Numbered from the stretch's first letter, positions 24,318-38,256 are shown. The stretch: DNA of 64,000 bases from Octopus vulgaris (GCA_951406725.2 OX597816.1:43214001-43278000), one strand, 5' to 3'. Notes: generated by a model from the sequence alone, not told the origin. A program made the numbers and translations.

Positions 24318-25071
24318 AGTGAGATAGCAGTGCATGCCATCAAAGTGACACTGGGATAAAGTATACGGAGCCCACTATACCCATCATGGCTCCTCGTCTG
24401 TTAAAAGTACGCCAGGCACATGCATCACAACCATATGTGCGGGACATGGCGATCTCATATCACGATAAACAGCGCATGATTTTGCAGGTGGGGCCCATAT
24501 AGAATTTTCTTCAGGTTCAATAGCCCATCCCGGTCAAATGGTCCCTAAATAAGGGTTGTTTAAGGATGTTTTACGAAACACCCGTTTCCAAAGGTGTATT
24601 ATCCAGTTCTATATTTAAGAGATGAGAAATTATGTATATTATTTACATTATTTACATTTGACGGATATTTGGGCTCATTTGTTTGTTGTTAACATAATGT
24701 TTCGCCTGATATACCCTCCAGCCTTTATCAGGTGTCTTGGAGGATATCTCAGCCGAAACGTTGTGTTATCAACAAACAAGATGAGGACAAATATCCGTCA
24801 AATGTAAATAAAGTGAATTATCCAAACCACAAAGAATTCCTCTCGACACATTGCTATGTTGCTCCCACACTATTTATGCTCATGATCAGAGATGCACATA
24901 TCGTCAGTCACTAAGGAACATGCTCAACTGGTTAGGGTCAAACAACTTACAAGCAAATCTGTGGTATTTACTGTAGCCCATCTTTTTTTCAAGAAATATG
25001 TACAAGATAACGCTTCCATTCAGTTAAGATTCAGAAGCCATGAGAGCCACCACCTGGTACTGCATCAGTGC

Positions 25072-25073
<2 letters not shown>
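24318..25073 (-). mobile_element. ~550-bp non-coding (TAA)n-associated element, copy 1 (interrupted)
   Basis: Colinear with 25580-26135; interrupted by insertion 24604-24812; strand inferred from the neighbouring Dong-like ORF. Confidence 0.8.
24604..24812. mobile_element. short inverted dimer of the hammerhead tail of the 7158-7698 family
   Basis: Same tail sequence (AACAAACAAGATGAGGACAAATATCCGTCAAATGTAAATAA) in both orientations; TSD GTG(T/A)ATTATC (24594-24603, 24813-24822); the uninterrupted host copy at ~25858 has one copy of the site. Confidence 0.85.
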
Positions 25074-25577
<504 letters not shown>

Positions 25578-25579
25578 TT

Positions 25580-26134
25580 GAGTGAGAGAGCAGTGCATGC
25601 CATCAAAGTGACACTGGGGTAAAATATACGAAGCCCAGCATACCCATCATGACTACCCGTCTGATAAAGGTACACCAGGCACATGCATCACAACCATATG
25701 TGCGCGACATGGTGATCTCATATCAAGATAAACAGCACATGACCTTGCAGGTGGGGCCCAGTTAGAATTTTCTTCAGGTCGCGTAGCCCACCCTGCTCAA
25801 AAGGTCCCTGAATAAGGGTTGCTTTAGGATGTTGAACGAAACACCTATGTTTCCAGAGGTGAATTATTCAAACTCCAAAGAATCCCTCTCAACACATGGC
25901 TATGATGCTCCCCCACTACTTCTGCTCGTGATCAGAGATACACGTATTGTCAGCCACTAAGGGACATGCTCAACTGGTTAAGGTCAAACAACTGACAAGC
26001 AAATCTGCGGTATTGAGCAGAATATTTGCTGTAGCCCATCTTTTATACCAAGACAAAACAATGTACATGATGACACTTCCAATCAGTTAAGATCAGAAGC
26101 CATGAGAGCCACTGCCTGGTACTGCATCAGGGCA

Positions 26135-26135
<1 letters not shown>
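25580..26135 (-). mobile_element. ~550-bp non-coding (TAA)n-associated element, copy 2
   Basis: Flanked by (TAA)n on both sides; colinear with 24318-25073. Confidence 0.8.
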
Positions 26136-26179
<44 letters not shown>

Positions 26180-26228
26180 CATTATTATTATTATTATTAT
26201 TATCATCATCATCATTATTATTATTATT

Positions 26229-26358
26229 CTATGTTTGACCTTTACTTTATATTTGTACAAGTTAGCTCCAAGAGCCCTCAAGAGACAACAGATCGGAAGT
26301 TCATGTTGTTGTTATGCCTAGTATGCCATATATTTGGTTTTGTATTTAGTGTTGTGCT
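26229..26358 (-). mobile_element. short (TAA)n-embedded fragment, probable Dong-like 3' UTR
   Basis: Non-repetitive 130 bp between (TAA)n tracts; minus-strand end ..AAACATAG(AAT)n resembles the ..AAAAACAT(AAT)n end of 25141-25465. Confidence 0.45.
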
Positions 26359-26373
26359 ATATTATTATTATTA

Positions 26374-26431
<58 letters not shown>

Positions 26432-26453
26432 CATTATCATCATCATCATCATT

Positions 26454-26488
<35 letters not shown>

Positions 26489-26527
26489 TATTATTATCAT
26501 TATTATTATTATCATTACTACTACTAC

Positions 26528-26884
26528 TATCTCCGCTTTAGCGAAGGCGGCGGCGGTATTATTTTCAGTCGTGTTTGTTTGTTTGTCCGTGGACAATATA
26601 TCTTAAGAGTCTGTGAATAGATTCGGATGAAACTTTCAGAGATATCTGGCCTCGTGACTGGCACGAACTTATTAGATTTTGGGGTCGTTTCGGTACCGGA
26701 CAAGGATTCTGGATTAATTTTTCTGTTTTGTTTTGATTTTATTTTCAATTAATTTTTGAGAGCGGTCGGACTCATTTTTAGTATTCTCATTTGTGAGAGC
26801 AGTCGAGTTTATTTCAGATATTTCCATTTTAAAAATCATCTCTGACTAATCTTTGAGAGGACATTTCTGTTGCTTTGACGGAAG

Positions 26885-26952
<68 letters not shown>

Positions 26953-26960
26953 GTTCTTAC
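26528..26960 (+). mobile_element. non-autonomous Helentron/DINE-1-like element
   Basis: Start TATCTCCGC..GGCGG hairpin, (GTTT)n then GTCC, ..GATGAAACTTTC.., ATTAGATTTTGG; 3' TTGACGGAAG sub-terminal IR then ACTC..GAGT hairpin whose loop holds (CT)n. Confidence 0.65.
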
Positions 26961-26974
26961 TATTATTATAACAG

Positions 26975-27697
26975 GCACCGAAGTACCGTCAGCCGAGAAT
27001 ATCTGAGATGTACGTAGGACAACGAAACTGTCCTGCATGCACTCGTCTAGAGCCCAAGCATTCATGACCTGTGGGTTTATGTCAAAATCTTGTTGTCGTA
27101 TGCGTGTAGGACGGATCCGGCTGTCAACTGAATTTATCGCTCCATCGCTCCATCGCCTTCCTTAAACCATGAAGGAAAGGCTGTTTTTATATGCCTGGTG
27201 GCCATGGTTAAAGGAGATGGATGGTGGACGAGATTGAAGGGGCTGGAAACAAACACTTTTCTATTTGGCCAATCCCTGATCAACTTCTTCAAGTTTCATT
27301 TGAAAAGGAAAATAAGGGTAGAGAGGGAAGTGTTGTTTTCTAGCCAGTTTGCTGAAAGGTGGATGAACGTGGCGAGAATGGTGCGTAAGAACGGGCTTGC
27401 CCTGAGCATACGCCTGCAGTTGAAAAAAGGAAAGGAAAAAAGGCACCTGCCCCTAAAGTCAGACTACTCATGGTTGTTTTTTATGGGTTTTTTTTTTCTA
27501 TGAGCAGCCCTCGAACGTCTCTTCCTTATTTAGGATTACACATTGTTGATTTTTTTAAAATTTTGTTAGTCTTGTTTGCACCAAAAACCCTCACAACAAT
27601 ACACCATCACACATACACACACACAGATTATCTGTTTCGTTCTGTATTGTGCATAATGTTTTTTCTTAATCTGAACCCTTCTGGTTAATAAAAAAAA
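26975..27697 (+). mobile_element. L1/Tx1-like LINE 3' fragment with 3' UTR
   Basis: Decayed zf-RVT motif RC..NETVLHAL..DLW, then WWTRLKG..INFFKFHLKRKIRVERE..FAERWMNVA; ends in AATAAAAAAAA. Confidence 0.75.
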
Positions 27698-27850
27698 TCA
27701 TTATTATCACTATTATCATTATTATTATTAATATTCAAGACGGCGAGATCGATAGATTAAGAACCAGTGAAACACTGGGGTCGATGTAATCGACTAGTCC
27801 CCTCCCTACAAATTTGAGGTCTTGTGCATCCAGTAGAAAGGATTATTAAA

Positions 27851-28240
27851 AGCGGCGAGCTGGCAGAATCGTTAGCACGCCGGGCGAAAAGCTTAGCGGT
27901 ATTTCGTCTGCCGTTACGTTCTGAGTTCAAATTCCGCCGAGGTCTACTTTGCCTTTCATCCTTTCGGGGTCGATTAAATAAGTACCAGTTACGCACTGGG
28001 GTCGATATAATCGACTTAATCCGTTTATCTGTCCTTGTTTGTCCTCTCTGTGTTTAGCCCCTTGTGGGTAATAAAGAAATAGGTATTTCGTCTGCAGCTA
28101 CGTTCTGAGTTCAAATTCCGCCGAGGTCGACTTTGCCTTTCATCCTTTGGAGGTCGATGAATTAAGTACCAGTTACGCACTGGGGTCGATATAATCGACT
28201 TAATCCGTTTGTCTGTCCTTGTTTGTCATCTCTGTGCTTA
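27851..28240 (+). mobile_element. SINE family C with internal tandem duplication
   Basis: Body GGTATTTCGTCTGC...TGTCCTTGTTTGTC present twice with ~184-bp period. Confidence 0.85.
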
Positions 28241-28537
28241 AAGGGTAAAAGGGTTGAATGGAGAGGTGCAAAGAAAAAGTGAAATAAAAGGTGTAAAGCA
28301 GAGGAGGTATAGTTGAAGTGGGTGGCAAGGCAGGAGCGAGGGGAGAGACAGAGAGGAAGTGAGAGATAAAAACTGAGGGAAAGACAGTGAGTAGTGATTG
28401 AAACGAAGGTGGCGTCCCTTTCTTTGTTTTAAATATTTATCAGGATCTAAAGTGTAGACTGATGCAAATTGTAAGAAAACTGCATATATATATACTTAGG
28501 TTCATGCACACATTATTAAATTAAAAGTGGGAGAAAG

Positions 28538-28574
<37 letters not shown>

Positions 28575-29320
28575 GAGACAGAAAGAGAGAGAGAGTTGAG
28601 ACAGAAAGAGAGAGATTGAGAGAGGCAAGTGAGTGATGACTGAAAGGAAGTTGGCGTTTGCTTTGTGTTTTTAAATGTTTATCAGTATTTTCAGAGTAGA
28701 CTGATACATACATCGCATGAAAAGTAGACACAAAGATCGAAAGAAAACTAGATACATAGATTCATAGACACATTGTTAAATCAAAGACAAATAACCACAG
28801 CAAATATTGGATGCCATTTTCACTTTTCATTATCAAACGATGATAAAATTAACTCGCGACTGGCTGAGTACTCCATAGACATGCATAGCATTAACGTAGT
28901 TCTCAGGGAGATTCAGTCTCACACAGAATAGGACAAAATTAGCCCCTTTCAATTACAGTTACAATTCATTATGGCCAAACTGAGTGGACAGGAGCAAGAT
29001 AAACCTTCAAGTGGTTGGAAGAAAATGCAAAAAGATCCTATTTAGGGGCAGAAAAATCTTTTTAATCGTTAGAGTACTGTGAGGGATAATCCGGTCTTAA
29101 CAGCGACATTTATGGATCGCACAGATCTGGAGGCCTATCACCCAGATGAACACTGGTCCGCACGCTGTTGTTATCGAACTGAGCGTGAGTTGAGGGTGAA
29201 GTCACTACACGACGGAATAGCAATTATTTCGTCTTAGCTTTCAATGCTGACACAAAACGCCTCACAATTTTTGCCTTACGATATGGAACATTTCCTTTTT
29301 TTTCATTCTTCTTACAAAAT

Positions 29321-29641
29321 GGCACTTCGTCAGTAACGACGACGAGGTTCCTGTTTATCTGATCAACGGAACAGTCTGCTCGTAATATTAACGCGCAAGT
29401 GGCTGAGTACTCCGCAGACATCCATGCCATAAGGTAGTTCTCGGGGAGATTCAGTCTCACACAGAATGTGACAGGGCTGGCCCCTTTCAGTTACAGCTAC
29501 AACTTATTTTTGCCAGCTGAGCGGACTGCAGCAAGGCGAAGTCGAGTACTTTGCTCAAGAACAAAGCACGCCGCAGGAAATCGTACTCATGGTTTCACGA
29601 TGGTAGGCCGAATACCTCCAGCCACTGAGCTACGCACCTTC
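29321..29641 (-). mobile_element. SINE family A (diverged)
   Basis: Reverse-complement match; partial older copy also at ~28850-29000. Confidence 0.8.
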
Positions 29642-29658
29642 CTATTCTTAACCGTAGA

Positions 29659-29891
29659 AGGCGGTGAGCTGGCAGAAATGTTAGCGCGCAGGGCGAAATG
29701 CTTAGCGGTATTTCGTCTGTCGTTACGTTCTGAGTTCAAATTCCGCCGAGGTCAACTTTGCCTTTCATTCTTTCGGGGTCGATAAAATAAAGTACCAGTT
29801 TCACACTAGGGTCGATGTAATCGACTTAATCCCTTTGTGTGTCCTTGTTTGTCCCCTCTATGTTTAGCCCCTTGTGGGTAGTGAAGAAATA
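29659..29891 (+). mobile_element. SINE family C
   Basis: Full body; TSD TATTCTTAACC(G/A)TAGA (29643-29658, 29892-29907). Confidence 0.9.
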
Positions 29892-30496
29892 TATTCTTAA
29901 CCATAGAGAAAATGAGTGAAGTGATAGAGACAGAGAAAGGAAAGCCTTAGTCATTTAAAATGACAAACTGAAATACAATCGACCTTTTCAAGCTTCTTTA
30001 CTTTTCACAATGAAGAGGGAAAGACATTTAGTAATGAATAGTGGAAAAGGCTTTCAAGTGTTTGCGTTTTCATTCTGAGAATTCTAGAAGGGTGGAGTGT
30101 TAGTGCTCTCTTCTTTCCACAACCCCCTGTAATTATTCGTCTTATTTGATATTTCTTCATGTCTTTTAGTTAGGAAGAAAGACCATGTTTTTTTGTTGTT
30201 TTTTTTTTTTTTTGTGTGACAAACAACAAACAATCCTCATTCCCTTCCTTTTTTTTTATACAGAAACTAATGCAAATTTCGAGCGAGGTAAAGCTGTTAA
30301 AAGAGCTCAGAAAAACGGGTAATACCCTCTACAAAATGGGTGGTGGGAGAAACGTTGCAACAGGTGGCTACACGAAATTCAACTTTATGTTTTAATTAGT
30401 GTATTCTACTATAGCCTCTGGCCGACCAAAGCCAGAATGGATTCGGTAGACGGAAACAGAAAGAAGCCCCTCATATATATATATATATATATACAT

Positions 30497-30729
30497 ATAT
30501 ATAGAAAATAGTAAAAAGTGAAAAAACTACAGAAGGCTTGTTTTAAAAGGTTAAAGAATATATATTTAAGTCAATATGTCTGAAGAATATTATAAATCTT
30601 TTTCTTACAATGACATAGTTTAGAAGAAATTTATAATATTCTTCAGACATATTGACTTAAATATATATTCTTTAACCTTTTAAAACAAGCCTTCTGTAGT
30701 TTTTTCACTTTTTACTATTTTCTATATAT
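30497..30729. repeat. AT-rich inverted repeat, 101-bp arms, in (TA)n
   Basis: Arms 30497-30597 / 30629-30729, 31-nt spacer; no mismatch seen. Confidence 0.9.
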
Positions 30730-30782
30730 TCAACCACGTGCTATCACAAACCAACTTTCTTATATATATATATATATATATA

Positions 30783-31000
30783 TAACTTACAAATAAGGGC
30801 AAACGAAAAAATTTCTAATGCCAAATATGCCGAAAATTGGACATATTGTCCATTACCATATAATTTATCACAATACGCACTATATTTTTTCGTTTGCCCT
30901 TATTTGTAACTTGCTTATAATTTTAACCATTAAAGGTATTTTTTAATATGCTGACCATTCATAAATTTTTTTTTTCGAAAAAAATGTTATCCTACATTAA
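30783..31000. repeat. (TA)n-embedded repeat with partial inversion
   Basis: IR TTACAAATAAGGGCAAACGAAAAAA / TTTTTTCGTTTGCCCTTATTTGTAA; shares a ~45-bp block with 37128-37330. Confidence 0.7.
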
Positions 31001-31347
31001 ATATATATATATTTACATTATTTACTGTTGTGTCTGGGGAGAGCCATTTTTGTTGTGCCTTATAATGCAACACACTCACCGGTAAAATTTCCACATATTT
31101 CTTATTATTTTCCTAAATTTTTCGTTGCGTCTTGCAACCTTTTCAATAGTCTTGACTCTGTGCGTTATTTACACTGCGTTCCCTTTTGTTTGTTTGTGCG
31201 CATGTGTGTGGGGCAGTGTGTGTGTATGTGTGTGTGTGTGTGCCTATATATGGATGCATGTACGCATGTATGTGTGTATGTATATATGTGTGTGTGTGAG
31301 CGTGTGTTTGTATATGCATGCACCTCTGTCTCTTTGTGTGTGCATGC

Positions 31348-31384
<37 letters not shown>

Positions 31385-31475
31385 GCAACTGTGTACCATG
31401 TTTGTATGTATGGATGGATGTACATCTCTATATGTGTGGATCCGTGTCTCCATACGTGTCTTTGTGTGGAGTAAA

Positions 31476-31513
<38 letters not shown>

Positions 31514-32026
31514 ATCCACTCTCAATGCTTTGGTCGATCCAAGGCTATAGTAGAAGACAAGGTGCCACGCAGTGGGACTGAACCCGAAACCATGTGGTTG
31601 GTAAGCAGGCCACTTATCACACAACCGCATTTACATAAAGCTCCACAAAGCCTGTTATATTCCTCATGCAAATAAGTAGACGAATATTATGACAGACTCA
31701 AATCCATTACTGTTCACCAACAATGCTCGTATGTATTCCTATATTTGACACACTAGTGTAAGCTACAGTCATCGCAGTAGTGATTGTGAAATCATTAGTT
31801 CGTGTTCCTTCCGGCCAATATTACTTTCCGAAGTTGAATAAACTCCTCCTGTTTATTTCTGCATCTGTGCATTCGCTTGTTTGTGAATGCACGTAAATAT
31901 TGCAAAATATTCCATAGAGTATGGTTTTAATGCAGCCAATGTGCATTGATTACGCTTCCACATGCAACAAAGATAAGTAGACAGACAATGAATATGTATG
32001 CGTATGCGTATATGCATGTGTGCTGG

Positions 32027-32119
<93 letters not shown>

Positions 32120-32121
32120 GT

Positions 32122-32201
<80 letters not shown>

Positions 32202-32530
32202 GTATTTATATGTATGTTTGTAAATGTGTATGTTGTATGTTTATGCTTGTATTTATGGATAAAATTGTATATAAAGACACAAAAAAATCTGATGGGGGGG
32301 AAAAAAACAAAAAAGTTCTTAAGTGCAAGTAAGGGCGGTAATATGGGTGTAAAGACTACTACAGATATTATCTGTTGCTTGCCTTTAAAGATCTAAGCGG
32401 ATGCTTCTCGGTTTCTGCGTGTGCGAGGGTGCGTGTATGTGTATGTGTATGTATGTATGTATACATATATATATATAGTTATGTATACATACATAAATAA
32501 AATATATATAAATGCATAATCACTATTATA

Positions 32531-32580
<50 letters not shown>

Positions 32581-32811
32581 TGTGTATGTATGTATATAAA
32601 TATATATATATATATATATATACATATATATGTATGTATATATATATACATATATATGTATGAATATAAAAATATATATATATACATATGTATATATAGC
32701 ATACTAGCTTTTATATGTATGTAAATGAATATAAACATATAGATGTGTGCGTGTGTATGTATGTGTATATAAATATAAAACTGCATGCATATGTAAAACA
32801 TTGTGTGAGCT

Positions 32812-32861
<50 letters not shown>

Positions 32862-33271
32862 TGTGTGTGTGTGCGTGTGTGCATGTGTTAATATTTGCCA
32901 AGAAAAACTTCTTCTCAAAGAATAGTAATATATCGACATCAGACGGATGGTTTGAGAGATGAATGGATTTGTATCTAAGTATATAACATGAACATATACA
33001 GATGTGCATTTGTTCATACATGTATATATACATATGTGTGTGTGTGTGCATGACAGTATGTGTGTGTGCGCGTGAGTTAGAGCGTATGTGCGCGCGCGCG
33101 TGTCTGTGCAGTAACATATGCAGCTGCTGATATCGTATATTCTCATGAACAGCGAAGCCTGATAGCTGATATATATACACGTATATATATATTTGTGTGT
33201 GTGTTCGTTTGTATAGTGTATGTATATACATATATGTGTCTGTGTGCACTTCCGTATGCATGTACCTAAGC

Positions 33272-33311
<40 letters not shown>

Positions 33312-33506
33312 AGAGGGAGAGAACTATATCAATACACATATAATATGCGTGGATACGTATGGCTGTGTGCATGTAAATATATATATATATACATAGATGT
33401 GTGTGTGTGTGTGCGTACGTGTGTGAGTGTATGTTTGTATGTATGTAAGGGAGTATACTTCATGAATAAAGTATATAAACATTCAATATTATGGGGCCAG
33501 AAGTAG

Positions 33507-33522
33507 ATGAATAATAATAGTA

Positions 33523-33576
<54 letters not shown>

Positions 33577-33582
33577 TTAATA

Positions 33583-33637
<55 letters not shown>

Positions 33638-33747
33638 GGATGATGGTGGTGATAGTAGTAGTTATTATTATTGTTATTATTATTATTATCATCATCATCA
33701 TCATTATTATTGTTATTATTATTATCAGTATTATTATTATCATTATT

Positions 33748-33819
<72 letters not shown>

Positions 33820-33820
33820 T
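33507..33820. repeat. compound trinucleotide microsatellite (AAT)n(GAT)n then (TAT/CAT)n
   Basis: Direct reading. Confidence 0.9.
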
Positions 33821-34689
33821 TAATTTTTATTATAGAAATAACAACAATAATCCTTTCTTTCATTTTGCCGCCGGAGCCCATTCTTACATGCAAAATATTA
33901 CGCCATAACACAAGGATTTAGAAAAGATATATGTGGATGTACATACATATTTATATAAAAATGACGATTGTGGGGGATAGAAAACGTTACATATTATTTT
34001 GTTTATTAAATTATTTCCTTAATGTACAGAGATAAACAATTATTATATTAATGCACAAAACATAAATAAAGATATATAAATATAACATGAAATTCATAGG
34101 AAACAACACCATCCATTTCGCGGTTGAGATGCCGCTCTCTTGGATCTGGTCAGAGTATTTTACGTCACAGTAAGTGGGTAAGGAAGGGCTCTGTTGAGTA
34201 AGGTTATAACTATTTAAATAGCTTCTTATTAGTAGTGTGTCACTTGTATTTTCTTCGTTGTCGATTTCATATCGTCCTCGGTTTGTATGTTGTTGTTTTA
34301 TTTGTTGTTGCTTTTCTTTTCTTTCTGCAATTCATTCGTGTCTCCCATCAGTTCCTTCGACTTTGGTAAGGAACGTGAAATTCATACGGCCCCATGCATT
34401 AATTTCAGTGTCCCTCCTTACATCACCCTCTCTCTCTCTCTCTCTTTTCTCTCTCACTTTCTCTCTCTTTTTCTCTCCGCGTCTTTCTTTCTTTCTTTCT
34501 CTCACACCCCTATCTCTTTATTTCTCTCTCCTCCTCTCTTTCTTTGCCTCACTCTCTGACTACCTTCAGTCTCTATTTGTCGTTGTCCTTCTGCCTCTCT
34601 CAGTCTTTCTATCTATCTATCTAGCTAGCTAGCTAGCTATCTGTCTGTCTGTCTATCTATCTATCGCTCACTTTGACCGTCCGTCCGTC

Positions 34690-34954
34690 TATCTCTCCCT
34701 CTTTCTCAGAGCTGCCCTCAGACTCTCTGTACCTTCCTCTCTTTGTCTTTCCCTCTTTCTCTCTCTCTCTCTCTGACCTGCCATCAGTCTATCTCACACT
34801 CGCGCTCTCTCTCTCAGAGTTGCCTTCAGTCAGTGTCTGTCCCTGTCTGTTTGTATCTGTCTCTCTACCTCTCTCTTTCTCTCTCTCACACACACACCTT
34901 TTCTCTCTCTTTCTCCCAATCTATCAGTCTCTCTTTCCCGCAATCTATCACTCA

Positions 34955-34993
<39 letters not shown>

Positions 34994-35325
34994 ACCAATC
35001 CACAGTCTATCACTCACTCGCTCTCTCTCGGAACTGTCCTCAGTCTCTGTGTGCCTCTCCCTCCCTTTCTCTCTCTCTCTCTCTCTCTCTGACCTGCTCT
35101 CTGTCTCTCTCTCACGCTCTATCTCTTTTTCTCTCTCCCTTTCTCTCTGTTTGACCTACCCTCAGTCTATCTCTCTGTCACTCTCTCTCTCTCTCTCTCT
35201 CTCTGCCCTCAGTAAATCTCCTACGCTCTCTCTCTCTCTCTCTCTCTGCTGCCCGCAGTAAATCTCCTACGCTCTCTCTCTCTCTCTTTCTTTCTTCCCC
35301 ATCTCTCTCTCTCAGCTGTCCTCAG
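34690..35325 (+). repeat. degenerate CT-rich minisatellite
   Basis: Recurrent unit (CT)n-GA(C/G)CTGCC(C)TCAGTCT..; strong pyrimidine strand bias. Confidence 0.7.
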
Positions 35326-37127
35326 CGTTACAAATTTTGTTGTTCCAGAGAGAGAAGTTTCCGAAACCTAATGCTGTGTTGCTTTACTTCAGCTACTTTC
35401 TTCTTTCTTTCTGTCTCTGCTTATCCAGTTCCCATGACCAGAGAGCCACGAAGCTTCTGTAACAGCCATATATGTAACAGCTGGTCTTTATGATGTACTC
35501 CATCGATATTCGCCTTTCTCTTTGAATGCACAACAAAGTAGGGTTCTGGAAGAAGTATTCTGTGATGTTTCGGTAGTCAGCACAATCTACAGAACACAGC
35601 CGACCCCATTTGTTTGTACATATTTGCCTTTCACATCATCGCCCACTACCTACTACTGTGTTGCAAAATTGAAGACTATTTAAAGGAACAACGTCGCCAG
35701 TAATGTCTAGTACTGTGGTCCACGTCCTTTGTACTTCGTCATAACATATATTGCGGCAACAACATATTGGTATATGCGTCACCCAATACGCCGGTTGGCT
35801 TCTTGCTTTGTATTTTAAAAAATGCAAAGCAAATTTTAGTTTTAAAAAGAAGGCACATACTTCCATTGCCTTACACCTACCAATGCAACAAACATCATGT
35901 CACACATTATTTACGCTTTCCTTTAGCTGTGTTTTAGAGAGTTCATTAAAATGCCCATCCGACCTTCTAACACGAGAGTTATGCCATCTTCCTTTTTCGT
36001 CAATAACTGAATAATTTCTCTCGGGTAAGGATGTGTTAATATTTGTGACACACTGTTGCCATGCTTGCTTATTTCATTTGAGTCTGCACTTTTATAAGAT
36101 TTCACTTTGTAATTATAATGAATCAGATGTTTTAACCACCTATATTAATTTGGTGGAGTTTTAAGTTGTCGTTCTTTACTGATGTTTGTTCTTGTGTTTA
36201 TTCTAAAATATTTTACCCCATCGGGTGTCGAATTTAGATTGTGCTTGTAAGTGTATATGTTTGTCAACCTTGAACGCATTCAGGAAAAAATATACGACGA
36301 GTAACAGGATTTGAGAGGCAGAGATCAGTCATCGAAGATGCAAAGAGCGAGTCGTACGTTCTCGTCCCCCGCCAAACTCCCCTTGCGATACCACCTTTCA
36401 CTTAAACAGTCACCTTAGACACCAACGTCCTCGGCACTTAGAGAAGCTCAATGACTCACTACAAATTTACTACTCGGATACGAGTTAGTGCTGTCGATGA
36501 AGAGGTAGAGAGAAATTTCCAGCTGGGCATTATAGTTGTGAGAAAGGATTGTTAAATTTGTTTACTTGAAAGTCTGGGAGTCAAAAAACTATAAATAACG
36601 ATAACAAAAATCTAAAGATTATTTCTGAGTAGAGAGGGTATGCAGTTTGTTAGCCGTGAGTAGCAGAGATTCCTAGAAATCGATAGAAAATGCAGATAAA
36701 GAAAACAGCGTGTCAGTGAACAAGTAAATGAAATATGTGGGGATTGGCCAAGCAGACAAATAGCATGTGTGTATATTGTTTGCAAGGTGTGCGTATCTGT
36801 GTGTATAGATGTTTCTCTGCTTGCGTGTGCGTGTGTATCTGACGTACCCAGCAAGATATGCAAATGTGATAGAACGAGTACGTGTAGATGTGTTCATCGA
36901 TAAATGGGATGAAGCGTAAATCGCACTGGAAAATCAAAAAATGCCTCCTGTCAGCAAGAATGATAAAAACTAATCAAGCGTTCTTACTAGGTGATATTTA
37001 CTCCTTGCCGGATTTTGTTTCGCCAAAATATTGTTAATTAAATGAGCAATTGCTTACAGGTAATCTCTATACATGCACACATACAAATTATTATATATAC
37101 ATATAATGTATATATATATATATATAT

Positions 37128-37325
37128 CAAAAGTGAGGATAAAATTCTTTTCGAAAAAAATATTTTCTCGAAAACAATTTTATCACTGGCTAGCATATTA
37201 AAAAATAACTTTAACGGTTAAATATATAAACAATTCATAAATGAAGGCAAAGGAAAAAAATTTCTAATGCCAAATATGCCGAAAATTGGACATATTGTCC
37301 ATTAACCATATAATCCTCATTTATG

Positions 37326-37330
<5 letters not shown>
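37128..37330. repeat. (TA)n-embedded repeat with short terminal inversion
   Basis: Related to 30783-31000; AATTCATAAATGA(A)GG / CCTCATTTATGAATT. Confidence 0.7.
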
Positions 37331-37368
<38 letters not shown>

Positions 37369-37845
37369 CCAGCGAACATCCACCATGGGTCATCACAACT
37401 GCTCAAGGTAAAAATGAATTCCTCGCTCTTTCGGGAACATCAATCTTCTGTATTGACTACTTTCCACCACTTTGATCTGTTTTTTGTATTGAATACGTAT
37501 CGCCACCGTGGGCCACTGCATCGAACACTTTGAACATATAGCATGAATGAACTTACTTCAAACTATATTTGAACTTTAAAGATGTCTGACTCCGTTGTGT
37601 ATTATAAATGAATTTCTTGTGTTTGACGGCATGAGCTGTCTTTTTTTATATATAACTCTTTTTGATAAGGTTCATTTCAGGAACTGAAACATGTTATAAT
37701 GTATATATAAAATTTAAAAATTGTATAATATAGCAGCATTTTCGAACTTCATTTTTTACAAATATATATATATATATATATATATATGCATATATATATA
37801 TATATAAATATATATACATATATACATATATATACATATATATAC

Positions 37846-37914
<69 letters not shown>

Positions 37915-38212
37915 TATATATATACATACATATATATATATATTATGGATCCCCCTCCTTTCATACTGAGTTTAAATCCTACCAAGCTCGCTTTCGTCGA
38001 TCATCATTTTGCAGATGTTAAATAAAGTACCGGTCTCCACCGATGATTTGGTGGAATCGATATACATTTGCAGTATTCGTCCCAGCAGTTGACTTACCTA
38101 ATTCAAGCCCTGACAAGTCTCATTTGCGTATTAGATCCACAGCGGTGGTGCCCCAGCAAGGCCGCAGACTTCGGGCTAAAACATTTTTTAGGATTTAAGG
38201 ATTTATATATAC

Positions 38213-38252
<40 letters not shown>

Positions 38253-38256
38253 ATAC

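Noticed and set aside
28387-28785. Diverged ~240-bp-period tandem duplication around (GA)n
   Set aside because: Ordinary old local duplication with no further structure.
34160-34370. CRE-like TACGTCA, TATTTAAATA and GTAAG donor-like motifs suggesting a first exon
   Set aside because: Motifs are short and common in AT-rich DNA; no linked coding exon found.
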